Part shown: one piece after another, positions 1-9,301 of the stretch
Numbering within the stretch: the first letter of the stretch is position 1
Layout of the letters: each line of letters opens with the position of its first letter
Source of the DNA: Candidatus Hadarchaeum sp.
Lineage (GTDB): Archaea; Hadarchaeota; Hadarchaeia; Hadarchaeales; Hadarchaeaceae
Length of the DNA stretch: 42,919 nt
Direction of reading: 5' to 3'
Assembly: GCA_020725055.1 (NCBI GenBank)
Contig: DYFS01000004.1
Location: 1 to 42,919, forward strand
Program-made: the position numbers and the translations under genes
Notes under the pieces: model-generated
Databases searched by the model: none
Told to the model about the DNA's origin: nothing
What the model saw: only the letters and a program-made list of their open reading frames with translations

Positions 1-21
1 TGCACGGCTACCTGTTCTCTC

Positions 22-29
22 TTTATAAA
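22..29 (+). promoter_or_regulatory. Putative archaeal TATA box (TTTATAAA) for the OB-fold/TctA operon
   Basis: TTTATAAA about 30 nt upstream of the ATG at 59. Confidence 0.55.
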
Positions 30-58
30 CCACCTCCGCGCAAATGCTCGGCGGGTAA

Positions 59-718
59 ATGGAGGGGATAACTAAGATGAGCTTGCTGTGCTCGCTAGCC
101 GGATTGGCGGCGCTCTACGCAGGCGCGGTGCAAATGCAGCCCTCGGTGACCGCGATCGCAAAGCTCGACAACGATTTCCTCGGACTCAAGGTCATCGTCT
201 CCGGCCAAGTTGTGGATCTGCGCGAGTCCAACGGCCACCTGTTCTTGAAACTGAAGGATGACTCCGGCGGCATGGTTTCGGTGCCTGTCTTCTCACGGAT
301 CCGCTCCCAGCTCGGGGGGCCAGTCGAGCTGCTCGACGTGGTGCAGGTGACCGGAGTGGTGAAGGAGTACAACGGCGAACTGGAGGTTCTGCCCGGGAAG
401 GCTGGCGACATCGTCGTCGTGCGCTCTCCGTGCGCGGCCATCTCCACACTCAGCGAGGAAAATCTCGGTGCCCTCGTCAAGGTGCGGGGAGTCGTGGTAG
501 AGCGGGAGATCGTCGGCAGGGGCAACCTGGTCCTGGCAATGAGGGAGGACGGGTGCCAACTGCGGGTGTTCGTGCCGGCTTCCGTCGCGAGAAACGGCTT
601 CCCGGAGCTGCACGTGGGCTACACCGTCAAGGTGAGCGGCTGGCTCCAGCTCTACAGGGAGAAACTCGAACTCAAGCTGGGCAACGCTAGCCACATCTGC
701 GTGCTCGAGGCGGCGTGA
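59..718 (+). CDS. Membrane-anchored/exported protein with two tandem OB-fold (nucleic-acid-binding-like) domains
   Basis: N-terminal hydrophobic segment, then two repeats of the V.V.G.V...GHLFL.L.D.SG...V.VF...V.V.G.V..Y.G.LE OB-fold pattern. Confidence 0.75.
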   Translation: MEGITKMSLLCSLAGLAALYAGAVQMQPSVTAIAKLDNDFLGLKVIVSGQVVDLRESNGHLFLKLKDDSGGMVSVPVFSRIRSQLGGPVELLDVVQVTGVVKEYNGELEVLPGKAGDIVVVRSPCAAISTLSEENLGALVKVRGVVVEREIVGRGNLVLAMREDGCQLRVFVPASVARNGFPELHVGYTVKVSGWLQLYREKLELKLGNASHICVLEAA

Positions 719-765
719 TGCTCGAAGCCCTGGCTTACACGCTGCTGGGTGTGGGGCTGGGCGCC
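715..765 (+). pseudogene. Orphan duplicate of the 5' end of the TctA-family gene (MLEALAYTLLGVGLG)
   Basis: Overlaps the upstream stop (GTGATG) and matches MLETLAFVVLGVGLG at 1019; similarity stops after about 15 codons. Confidence 0.6.
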
Positions 766-1018
766 CCCATAGCTACAAAACGGTGGGATCAAATGCTGGA
801 AACAGGCGGAACCCTTCATCTATGGCATCTGCCGAGAGGCAAGGTCCACGTGGGGTTAGATGAGTTTTTCAAACGCCAACTATGCGTTGCAGTAAAAGCG
901 TTGTTCGGAGGGTGTAGAAAAGAATTTAGCAGTTTTACTAAGGGACACTTGCGGTTGGCTGAATCCGGCTCTGGATCGAGACCAAATGTTTATGCCTTGA
1001 ACTCTGGCTGGGCATCCA

Positions 1019-2254
1019 ATGCTTGAAACGCTCGCGTTCGTTGTGTTAGGCGTTGGTTTGGGTACATTCACAGGTTTGATCCCAGGCATTCACTCGAACA
1101 ATATCTCCCCTTTTCTCGCCGCACTTGCTGTGGCATCCAGCCTGTCATCCATGAACCTCGCGGCCGCCGTCGTGGCGATGGCGATCACCAACGTATTCAT
1201 TAGCTACATCCCATCGACCTTCCTAGGGGCCCCGGAGCCCGGGACCGAGCTCTCGGTGCTGCCAGCGCACCGCCTGCTACTCCAAGGCGAGGGCTACGAG
1301 GCGATCAAGCTCACGGCTCTCGGCTGCCTAGGTGGCTTGCTCCTAGGTGCCGCGCTGCTCCCGCCCGCGCTGTTTTTCATCTGGCCCGCCTACGGCATCC
1401 TCAAGCCGCAGATGCACTGGCTGTTGTTGGCCGTTGTCGTTGTCATGATCGCCCTCGAGCACTCCAGAGCCAGGATTGGTTGGGCAGCGCTGATCTTTCT
1501 GCTTTCGGGCTTGCTCGGCCTGCTCACCTTGGACACGAACCTGTGCGGGGGTGACAAGGCGCTGATGCCCCTTTTGTCCGGTTTGTTCGGCTTGAGCGTG
1601 TTACTGCCCAGCCTGGCGGGCAAAAATAGCCTGCCCGAGCAACGGGTCGAGGAAAAGCCGCTCGAGGTGCGGCCCAACCTCCGGCCGCTTTGCGCGGGAA
1701 CTGCAGCTGGGGCCCTGACCGGTATCATTCCCGGGATAGGACCATCCCAAGGCACGGTACTCGCGCAGCTCGCGACCCGCTCGAGGGGGATGCGTGAATT
1801 CCTCGTAGCAGTGAGCGGTGTCAACACCGCGAAGGCCCTTTTCTCCTTTGTCGCTCTCTACGCCGTCGGCAGGCCTAGGAGCGGCGCAGCGGTTGCGGTT
1901 GGGCAGCTCATGGAGGTCGGCGCAAGGGAGCTCGTGTTCCTCGTCGGCGTTGCGTTGCTCGCGGGAGGGATAGCAGCCGTGCTCCACCTGAGGCTCGGGC
2001 GCCTCGCCGCAAAGCATATCTGGCGCCTGCCACACCGCGCGGTTTGCCTCGCGGTCGTTGTTGGCATCACCTGCCTAACGGTTTTTTACTCCGGCCTCAT
2101 CGGCCTGCCAATCCTTGTGACCGCTACTGCAATCGGTTTACTCCCGGCGGTGACTAAAGTCAAGCGCACCCACTGCATGGGCGTGATCATGCTGCCTTGC
2201 ATCCTTTACTTCGCGGGAGCAAAGGATGGTGTGCTCACAGCGTTGGGGCTTTGA
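1019..2254 (+). CDS. Tripartite tricarboxylate transporter TctA family (archaeal DUF112-type) permease
   Basis: Polytopic membrane protein with repeated G..TG.IPG(I/L) motifs, IPSTFLGAP and VLPAHRLL..G.G signatures. Confidence 0.85.
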   Translation: MLETLAFVVLGVGLGTFTGLIPGIHSNNISPFLAALAVASSLSSMNLAAAVVAMAITNVFISYIPSTFLGAPEPGTELSVLPAHRLLLQGEGYEAIKLTALGCLGGLLLGAALLPPALFFIWPAYGILKPQMHWLLLAVVVVMIALEHSRARIGWAALIFLLSGLLGLLTLDTNLCGGDKALMPLLSGLFGLSVLLPSLAGKNSLPEQRVEEKPLEVRPNLRPLCAGTAAGALTGIIPGIGPSQGTVLAQLATRSRGMREFLVAVSGVNTAKALFSFVALYAVGRPRSGAAVAVGQLMEVGARELVFLVGVALLAGGIAAVLHLRLGRLAAKHIWRLPHRAVCLAVVVGITCLTVFYSGLIGLPILVTATAIGLLPAVTKVKRTHCMGVIMLPCILYFAGAKDGVLTALGL

Positions 2255-2258
2255 GGTT

Positions 2259-2624
2259 CTAACCGCGTCTTCCCTTTATCAACATGGCGAGCACAGCCGC
2301 TGGAACTACAATCAGCGCGAGCCCCGCCACCAGTAAAATGCCCTTATGAACAGATGTAAGCGCACCCGTGAGTGCTTGAACAAGCGTGAAAACCCCCAAC
2401 ACGAGGAGAACGGGCATAAACGGCGCCGCGCTCGACTCGGTTTTGAGAAGGCGGTTGAGGCCGTCGCCGACCAACGCGCAGTAGCTTAGAATCAGTGCCG
2501 CCCCAAGCACAATCGCCGCCCAACCAGCGTGTGTTGCCGGCGTGGGCGTCGCACCCCAAAGTAACAGATACATACCTATGACAAGAACGACGATTGCCGC
2601 ACCCACCTTACCGGATTGCCGCAC
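2259..2624 (-). CDS. Small hypothetical membrane protein (~121 aa, ~4 TM)
   Basis: Only the C-terminal part of the 2259..3410 ORF; GTG at 2624 preceded by GGGGCTGAG; four hydrophobic segments; fills the gap between tctA and dph6. Confidence 0.6.
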   Translation of the reverse strand: MRQSGKVGAAIVVLVIGMYLLLWGATPTPATHAGWAAIVLGAALILSYCALVGDGLNRLLKTESSAAPFMPVLLVLGVFTLVQALTGALTSVHKGILLVAGLALIVVPAAVLAMLIKGRRG

Positions 2625-2678
2625 CTCAGCCCCCAATAGAGATATTTGTAGGGGTTTAAATTGTTTTGCGGGATTGAG

Positions 2679-3350
2679 ATGAGAGTTGCTGCCCTTTGTT
2701 CTGGAGGCAAGGATTCGTGCTATGCGCTTTGGCTGGCGGTGCAGAGGGGGCACGAAGTCGCGCAAGTAGTAGCGATGTTGCCGAAGCGGGAGGACTCTTG
2801 GATGTTTCACGCGATCAACATTCACCTCATTGACCTCTTCGCAGAGTGCGCTGGCTTGCCCATCATCAAAGCCGAGACGGGCGGGGCCAGGGAGGAGGAG
2901 CTCGAGGACCTCAAACGCGCACTCCGGGGGCTCGACGTCGGAGGTGTCGTCAGCGGCGCGGTGGCCTCGACCTACCAAAAGAGCCGCATCGACCGGATTT
3001 GCGAGGAGCTTGGTTTGGCGTCGGTAGCACCCCTTTGGGGGAGGGAGCCGGTTGAGCTCTTGCGTGAGATCATCGGCGCCGGGTTCGAAGTTATGATCAC
3101 AGGCGTCGCGGCCCAGGGTTTTGATGAGGGGTGGCTGGGCAGGAAAATCGATGAAGATACGCTGCGCGATTTGATTGAGCTGAACAAGAAGCATGGGATC
3201 AACCTCGGCGGAGAGGGTGGCGAGTACGAGAGCATGGTGCTCGACGCGCCTTTCTTTCGCAAGCGCATCGAGGTGTTGGGGGCCGAGCGGGTGTGGCGGG
3301 GCACCTATGGGCACTTGCTCATCACCAACGCGAGGGTGAGGGAGAAGTAA
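2679..3350 (+). CDS. dph6: Diphthine--ammonia ligase (PP-loop ATPase)
   Basis: SGGKDS PP-loop, S.MFH, STYQKSRI, PLW and GEGGEYES motifs; ATG at 2679. Confidence 0.92.
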   Translation: MRVAALCSGGKDSCYALWLAVQRGHEVAQVVAMLPKREDSWMFHAINIHLIDLFAECAGLPIIKAETGGAREEELEDLKRALRGLDVGGVVSGAVASTYQKSRIDRICEELGLASVAPLWGREPVELLREIIGAGFEVMITGVAAQGFDEGWLGRKIDEDTLRDLIELNKKHGINLGGEGGEYESMVLDAPFFRKRIEVLGAERVWRGTYGHLLITNARVREK

Positions 3351-4412
3351 ATGGGGACGGCGCTCGTCTACTCGGAAAAGTACTTGCAGCACAGGCCGGG
3401 GCAGGGGCACCCAGAGCGGCCCGAGCGCCTTGAGGCAATCGTGGGTGCGCTGAAGCGAGCAAAACTCTGGGGGGAGCCAAACACGAAAGTGATCGAGCCA
3501 GCACTCGCGAAGCGTGAGAACATCGAGCTAGCCCACGATGCCGAGTACATAGCCTTGGTCGAGAAGCTCAGCTCGTTCGAAAAACCGCTCGACGTCGACA
3601 CCTCCGTGCGCAAGAACACATTCGAGCTCGCGATGCTCGCCGCGGGGGGGGCAATCGATGCCGGGCGTGCGGTGCTATCGGGAGAAGCCTCGAACGCGTT
3701 TGCCCTCGTGCGCCCCCCTGGACATCATGCCGGTAGAAACCGCGGTGGCGGATTTTGCTACTTCAACAACCTTGCGGTGATGGTCGAGCGGCTAAAGAGG
3801 GAGTTCAAACTAAAGCGAATTTTCATCTTGGACATCGACGCCCATCACGGTAACGGTAGCCAAGATATTTTTTTCAACGACCCGAGCGTTCTCTACATGT
3901 CGTTGCACCAAGATGGGCGAACGCTTTACCCGGGGACGGGCTTCGTGGATGAATTGGGCGCTGGTGAAGGTGAGGGTTACACGGTCAATGTTCCCTTCCC
4001 TCCAGGTAGCGGTGATGCCGAATACGCGGGCGTCATGCGGGAGCTCTTCGTCCCGCTCACTAGGGAGTTTAAGCCGGAGCTCATCGCGGTTTCCGCCGGA
4101 TTTGATGCCCTCGCCGATGATCCGTTGACACAGCTGGGGCTCACGACTCAAGCATACGGTTGGTTGACGAGCTGCGTGGTCGAGCAGGCGAACAGGCTCT
4201 GCGGCGGCAAAGTAGTGCTTACGCTAGAAGGCGGATATGCTTTGAAGCTCCTCGCGGATGCGGCGGTGAATGTTGTGAAAGTTCTCGTTGGGCAGGAGCT
4301 AGAGCCACCACAGGAAAGCAGGAGATTACCCGTAATCGACGAGCTCAAAAAGAAGCTAGCGAGCTACTGGCGCCTAGAACAACATCTCAAAATTGTACAC
4401 ACATGCGTATAA
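3351..4412 (+). CDS. Histone deacetylase family (class II-like) Zn-dependent deacylase
   Basis: HPERPERL, RPPGHHA, GFCYFNN, DIDAHHGNGSQ, SAGFDA and LEGGY motifs. Confidence 0.93.
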   Translation: MGTALVYSEKYLQHRPGQGHPERPERLEAIVGALKRAKLWGEPNTKVIEPALAKRENIELAHDAEYIALVEKLSSFEKPLDVDTSVRKNTFELAMLAAGGAIDAGRAVLSGEASNAFALVRPPGHHAGRNRGGGFCYFNNLAVMVERLKREFKLKRIFILDIDAHHGNGSQDIFFNDPSVLYMSLHQDGRTLYPGTGFVDELGAGEGEGYTVNVPFPPGSGDAEYAGVMRELFVPLTREFKPELIAVSAGFDALADDPLTQLGLTTQAYGWLTSCVVEQANRLCGGKVVLTLEGGYALKLLADAAVNVVKVLVGQELEPPQESRRLPVIDELKKKLASYWRLEQHLKIVHTCV

Positions 4413-4464
4413 TTCTGAAAGCTAAACATTTTAACGCCCGCCGCAAATCGATGCTTGTGGTAAG

Positions 4465-5850
4465 ATGGACGAGGTTCTGAAGGCGGTGCTCAAGCGCATC
4501 AAGCCAACGCAGGCCGAGCGCAGGCAGCTCGAGCGGGTTGCTAACGAGATAGTGGCGCGAGTGAACCTAGCCTGCGCCAAGCTGGGGGTTCCGGCGCGTG
4601 GGGTGCTCGTGGGCTCAGCCGCGCGCAATACCTGGCTTCGGACCGAGCGTGACATCGACATCTTCATCCTCTTCCCCCCAGAAACCTCTCGCGAGGCCCT
4701 CGAGCAAAAGGGCTTGGCGGTCGGGTGGGAGGTGGCGGGAAAGCGCGGGAGAGAGCGGTTCGCCGAGCACCCCTACGTGACGATGGAGTTCAAGGGGTTC
4801 GAGGTCGACCTCGTCCCATGCTACGATATCGCCGACCCAAGCAAAATCAAGAGCGCCGTTGACCGCTCCCCCCACCACCAGCGTTACATCGGCAAGCACC
4901 TCACCCCCGCGCTTGCTGATGAGGCGTTGCTTTTGAAAAAGTTCATGGACGGCATCGACGTTTACGGTGCCGAGCTTAGGGTGCAGGGGTTCTCGGGCTA
5001 CCTCTGCGAGTTGCTCGTGCTCCGCTACCGCACGTTCGAGGGGGTCGTCGAAGCCGCGAGCCGCTGGCCGCCGGGTGAAGCGATTGACCTGGCGAAGAGC
5101 TACCACGATGTCGGCGAAATCAAAGCCCTCTTTTCGGGGCAGCCGCTCATCATCATCGACCCGGTCGACCCGAATAGAAACGCTGCCGCAGCGGTTTCGA
5201 TGCAGAACTTCGCGACCTTCGTCCGCGCGTGTCAAGATTTCATCCGCAAGCCGAATACGCGCTTTTTCTTCCCGGCCCAGGCGAGGGTGTTGGGCCCCCA
5301 AGAGGTCAAGCGCGCGCTGAGACAACGGGGTACGGCACTCTTCTGCCTCACGTTTGACTCACCAAACGTGGTCGAGGATATACTCTACCCGCAGCTGCGC
5401 AAGACAGAACAAGCGCTCGTGATGCGGCTCGTGCGCGAGGGCTTCGAGGTGCTCCGCAGCGATGTCTGGGCGAACTCAAAGGCGGCGATCCTTGTCGAGC
5501 TGTCATCTGAAAAGCTGCCCAAGGTGCAAAGGCGCCTCGGACCACCGATCACCGTCGAAGCGGGCGATTTCATAGAAAAACACCTCGCATCGAGAAAGAG
5601 GTTCAGCGGCCCGTTCGTTGATCAGGTCGGGAGGCTGGTGTTCGAGGTCGAGCGCAGGCACGTTAACGTCAGGCAAGTGCTCGAGGCGGCGCTGGAGGAG
5701 CGGGCGGCTTTTGGAAAGCACGTAGCCGAATCTCTGGCCGAGGACTACAAGATTTATGGGGGAAAGCAAATCGTCAAACTGTGTGCTGATAAAAAGTTTT
5801 CCAAATTTTTATCCGAGTACCTCACGCGTTGCCTGCCGTGGCATCGCTAG
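4465..5850 (+). CDS. cca: Archaeal (class I) CCA-adding tRNA nucleotidyltransferase
   Basis: GSAARNTWL...DIDIF, AEHPYV, VDLVPCY, SAVDRSP.H, GFSGYLCELL and DPVDP.RN.AAA motifs. Confidence 0.95.
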   Translation: MDEVLKAVLKRIKPTQAERRQLERVANEIVARVNLACAKLGVPARGVLVGSAARNTWLRTERDIDIFILFPPETSREALEQKGLAVGWEVAGKRGRERFAEHPYVTMEFKGFEVDLVPCYDIADPSKIKSAVDRSPHHQRYIGKHLTPALADEALLLKKFMDGIDVYGAELRVQGFSGYLCELLVLRYRTFEGVVEAASRWPPGEAIDLAKSYHDVGEIKALFSGQPLIIIDPVDPNRNAAAAVSMQNFATFVRACQDFIRKPNTRFFFPAQARVLGPQEVKRALRQRGTALFCLTFDSPNVVEDILYPQLRKTEQALVMRLVREGFEVLRSDVWANSKAAILVELSSEKLPKVQRRLGPPITVEAGDFIEKHLASRKRFSGPFVDQVGRLVFEVERRHVNVRQVLEAALEERAAFGKHVAESLAEDYKIYGGKQIVKLCADKKFSKFLSEYLTRCLPWHR

Positions 5851-5855
5851 GAAAG

Positions 5856-5871
5856 TGTCCAACGTTGGACA
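5856..5871. repeat. Perfect 16-bp palindrome TGTCCAACGTTGGACA between convergent cca and thpR
   Basis: The sequence equals its own reverse complement. Confidence 0.8.
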
Positions 5872-5881
5872 GGGCACGACA

Positions 5882-6439
5882 TCAAGCCAGTTCGATGTGC
5901 GCAAGGGTGCTGTAAATCGGCCCCTTGGGGGTGAGGGTGCTCTGCTTCAGCTCGACCGCACCAACACGGCACGACCCGAACTCAACGTTTGTCACGCTTT
6001 TTAAGAATGCGACGAGCCGTTCTTTCCCCGCCGCCGATTTCGCCCTAGCCAGGGTGAGGTGTGGCACGAAATCCCGCTCCGGTTTGAAGCCGAGCTTCAC
6101 CAAGTTCTGGTCGATGCGTCTTTGAACAGAGGTAACTTGCTCCCTGCCGTCGGAAACGCCAGCCCAAATCACCCGGATGTATCGCAGATCTGGGAAGACA
6201 CCGATCCCCCGCACGCTGATGTCAAATGGCCCAATCCCAGCTACGGCCGCCCGCATGGCGTCAGTTATCGCGCCGATCTGGTCTTCTCGAACCTCTCCAA
6301 GAAATTTCATCGTCACGTGGATGTTTGGCGGTTCGACGAGCTTGAGCTGCGCTCCGGTTGCTGCGAGCTGCTTCTGAGCAGCCACAAGCTTCTGCCTGGC
6401 CGCCTCGTCGATGTCGATCCCGATGAAAGCTCGCACCAT
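5882..6439 (-). CDS. thpR: RNA 2',3'-cyclic phosphodiesterase (2H family, LigT/ThpR)
   Basis: RAFIGI start, two HxT motifs (HVTMKFLG, PHLTLAR) and C-terminal S.LTP.GPIY. Confidence 0.92.
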   Translation of the reverse strand: MVRAFIGIDIDEAARQKLVAAQKQLAATGAQLKLVEPPNIHVTMKFLGEVREDQIGAITDAMRAAVAGIGPFDISVRGIGVFPDLRYIRVIWAGVSDGREQVTSVQRRIDQNLVKLGFKPERDFVPHLTLARAKSAAGKERLVAFLKSVTNVEFGSCRVGAVELKQSTLTPKGPIYSTLAHIELA

Positions 6440-6447
6440 TTAGACAC

Positions 6448-6789
6448 CTAGCATGTGACGTGGAAGGCGCCGGCCACCTTGCGCCCAGCCTTGACCACCT
6501 CGTTGTACTTCTCGAGGGCGTTCGGTGTGATGTCGTCAATCATCTTGACCCCTTGTTTCACCGCTAACTCAGCGGCTTCTTTGTCTACCTGGACGCAACC
6601 CGACTGACCGGTCCCGACGACGACCAGCTCTGGCTTTCCTTTGAGCAGGAGGTCGAGCTCATCCAGCGTGAACTCATGGTCTCGATCCCGCCGCCTGATC
6701 GAACCGTCAGCGAAAATCCAGACATCGTGTGGGTAGCGCTTGCCGTCTACGGTTATGCTTCCGAAGCTCGCCCCATCGATGTGAACCAT
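6448..6789 (-). CDS. Mth938-like (DUF498) domain protein
   Basis: SFGSITVDGK.Y.HD, VVGTGQSG and terminal HVTC; ATG at 6789 with GAGGTGA RBS. Confidence 0.88.
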   Translation of the reverse strand: MVHIDGASFGSITVDGKRYPHDVWIFADGSIRRRDRDHEFTLDELDLLLKGKPELVVVGTGQSGCVQVDKEAAELAVKQGVKMIDDITPNALEKYNEVVKAGRKVAGAFHVTC

Positions 6790-6805
6790 CCAATCACCTC
6801 TATAA

Positions 6806-7486
6806 CTATCGGGTTTCAAATTTAACAACCTTCGGCAAGTCACGAACGCTCTCGATGATTGCGTCGGGCCCGAACTTTTCTAAAAGCTCCCGCCGCATCA
6901 AACCCGTCAGCACGGCGACGGTTCGGGCGCCCAAGGCCTTGCTATCCCTTATATCATTCCAGTAGTCCCCAACCACAACACAGTCCCGAGGATCAACCCC
7001 GAGCCTCCCGGCCGCTAGCCTGAGAATCTCAACCTTGGAGAAGTGGTGTCCTTCCTCCAAATCCCCCGAGACATCATCCCCGGTGGCGGCCGTGTTCACA
7101 AATTTGTCGAGCCCAAAACTCGCTAGCTCATCCTTCACCTTGGTCACGGGAGTGATGCAACTTGTGATGACCGCGATCGGGACGCCCGCCTGGCTCAGCT
7201 CCCTGAGGACCTCCTTCGCCCCCGGGATGAGCTTGCTGCCTGAGTCATCCGCACGGTACCGGCGGAGGAACTCGAGCCAGAATTCGTGCAGCTTCCTCTC
7301 TTTGTCGGGAGGCGCAGATATCACATCGTCAAGGGTGTCTGCAACATAGTGTTTGAAAAAATTATCCCATGTGAGAGGTTCGCTTCCGCGCTCCTTTAGC
7401 AACTCGTTGAAGACATCGTAGAACCGCTTGAGGGTATCGACCAGCGTGCAGTCGAGGTCGAAGATTACAGCTTTCGCGGTGATCAT
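6806..7486 (-). CDS. HAD-superfamily hydrolase (phosphoglycolate phosphatase-like)
   Basis: FDLDCTLVDT motif I, ITS motif II, VVGDYWNDI motif IV. Confidence 0.9.
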   Translation of the reverse strand: MITAKAVIFDLDCTLVDTLKRFYDVFNELLKERGSEPLTWDNFFKHYVADTLDDVISAPPDKERKLHEFWLEFLRRYRADDSGSKLIPGAKEVLRELSQAGVPIAVITSCITPVTKVKDELASFGLDKFVNTAATGDDVSGDLEEGHHFSKVEILRLAAGRLGVDPRDCVVVGDYWNDIRDSKALGARTVAVLTGLMRRELLEKFGPDAIIESVRDLPKVVKFETR

Positions 7487-8328
7487 TTGTATAACCCTAA
7501 CTTCCCGCTAGAAAGTTTGTGCTCCGCCTTGAGCTTTTCAACGAGCTCATAGGGCACCCGAACGGTTCCCACGGGGTCCTTAGATCCATGGCTATTTGTC
7601 CCACCCGTGATAAGCAACCCGTACTTCCGCGCAAGCTCCTCGTAGCGCCTGTTCGCCGACTCATCGTGTTTGATGTGGTAGACCTCAAGGCCCCGGAGTC
7701 CCAGTTCGACGTATGCTGGCAACATCTCGTCAGCTTGGGCGAAGATGGGGTGGGCGAGCACCGGGATGCCCCCAACCCTGCGGACGGTCTGAATTGCATC
7801 CGCGGGCGACATCTCGTATCGCTTTACGTATGCAGGCCCATCGCTCTTCAAGTATAGGTCAAAGGCGTCTTGAAATTTTTCAATGTAGCCGTGCTTCAGC
7901 AACACTCGGGCGATGTGGGGCCTACAGATCGCCTTTGCGTCACCAGCTTCCGCGAGCACCTCATCATAGGCGATATCGAGCCCTAGCCCCTGGAGCTTCT
8001 CCACCATCTTGCGGGCCCGCCACTTTCGAACGTCTTGAATTATGTTGAGGAGGACTCGGAGTTTTTTATCGTGCCAGTCGATGAAGTAGCCGAGCACGTG
8101 AATCTCGGACGTTCCCAGTTCGGAGCTCAGCTCTATCCCAGGGATTACCTCAACGCAAAATTTTTCGCCAGCCTCAAGTGCAGCATCGATGCCGTCTACT
8201 GAGTCATGATCTGCTATGCCGACCGCCGCCAGCCCTACCTCGCTGGCCTGCCTGATTACCTCGTCGGCCGGGTATTCCCCATCGGAGGCGTTGGTATGAA
8301 CGTGCAAGTCCACGAATTTTTGAGCCAT
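7483..8328 (-). CDS. PHP-domain phosphoesterase (TrpH/YciV-like), paralog 1; GGTNSHG variant
   Basis: DLHVHTNASDG, ADHDS, HVLGY, RPH, LAHP; last motif has N in place of D; ATG at 8328. Confidence 0.88.
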   Translation of the reverse strand: MAQKFVDLHVHTNASDGEYPADEVIRQASEVGLAAVGIADHDSVDGIDAALEAGEKFCVEVIPGIELSSELGTSEIHVLGYFIDWHDKKLRVLLNIIQDVRKWRARKMVEKLQGLGLDIAYDEVLAEAGDAKAICRPHIARVLLKHGYIEKFQDAFDLYLKSDGPAYVKRYEMSPADAIQTVRRVGGIPVLAHPIFAQADEMLPAYVELGLRGLEVYHIKHDESANRRYEELARKYGLLITGGTNSHGSKDPVGTVRVPYELVEKLKAEHKLSSGKLGLYK

Positions 8329-8403
8329 CTGGCAACCACCAACCTTTTTTTCACGGTGGCTTAAAAGCATCGTAGCACACTTACTTAGTGGGGGGCCAAC
8401 AAG

Positions 8404-9282
8404 ATGGATTTGGTTTACTACTTCGTCGTCGCGCTCGCAGCACTACTTTTTGCCACAACCGCGCTGATGGTGCTTTCAATCCGCCGTACGCGGGAGTTGC
8501 TCACACAAGTGAAGAGGGGTGAGGAGGCGCTGATGAGGGCCCATCAAAGGCTAAAAAGCGCCCATGAGGAGCTGAAATCCGTAGACAAGCTAAAAACAGA
8601 CTTCATGAACATCGCCGCCCATGAGCTGAAGACCCCCCTCGTCCCAATGGTCGGTTACCTCCACTTGATAAATCGGAAAAAGTTGGGGCCAGAGGACAGA
8701 GAGAGCCTCGATATCGCACTCAGAAACACCAAAAGGCTACAAAGGCTGGTCGATGATATCTTGGACATCGCGAAGCTCGAGTCAAAGGTGATGAAATTTA
8801 GGGTGGAGGATGTTCAACTTGCTGACCTCGTGAGGGACTCGGTGGCAGGCGCAAGACCCTTTGCTGGGGAAAAGGGAATTACCCTCAAGGCGGTGGCGCC
8901 GCGGAGGCTGCAATTGGTTCACGGCGACCCAGGGAGGCTCGCTCAAGTCCTGACCAACCTCATCAACAATGCGATAAAATTTACGGATCGGGGTAACGTG
9001 GTAGTTGAAGCTCGCGCTAGGAGGGGCGACGTGGCGGTCGAGGTGAGGGACACGGGGATAGGGATAGCTAAAGAGGATATTCCAAAGCTGTTCACGAAGT
9101 TCTTCCAAGCTGAGACTTCCGCCCGGCGCAAGTATGGCGGTACTGGGCTGGGCTTGGCGATATGCAAAGAGATCGTGCAGGCCCACGGAGGCAAAATATG
9201 GGCCGATAGCGAGCCGGGGAAAGGCTCGACCTTCAGCTTCAGCCTGCCGATAAAGGGCAAGGCGTTAATAACCACCGAATGA
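8404..9282 (+). CDS. Histidine kinase (single N-terminal TM, HisKA + HATPase_c)
   Basis: AHELKTPL H-box, [10 protein letters not shown]-box, DTGIGI G1, F box, GGTGLGL G2. Confidence 0.93.
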   Translation: MDLVYYFVVALAALLFATTALMVLSIRRTRELLTQVKRGEEALMRAHQRLKSAHEELKSVDKLKTDFMNIAAHELKTPLVPMVGYLHLINRKKLGPEDRESLDIALRNTKRLQRLVDDILDIAKLESKVMKFRVEDVQLADLVRDSVAGARPFAGEKGITLKAVAPRRLQLVHGDPGRLAQVLTNLINNAIKFTDRGNVVVEARARRGDVAVEVRDTGIGIAKEDIPKLFTKFFQAETSARRKYGGTGLGLAICKEIVQAHGGKIWADSEPGKGSTFSFSLPIKGKALITTE

Positions 9283-9301
9283 AACGGGACTTGGGGATAG
9301 T

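Noticed and set aside
715-1026. 103-aa ORF as a genuine gene
   Set aside because: It reads as a chimera of a TctA 5' duplicate and unrelated lower-GC sequence, so it is treated as a scar.
2592-2625. 12-bp direct repeat GATTGCCGCACC (2592-2603, 2614-2625)
   Set aside because: Only two copies, inside a coding region, with no array or element structure.
2259-3410. 383-aa minus-strand ORF as a whole
   Set aside because: The N-terminal two thirds is the antisense shadow of dph6; only 2259-2624 was kept.
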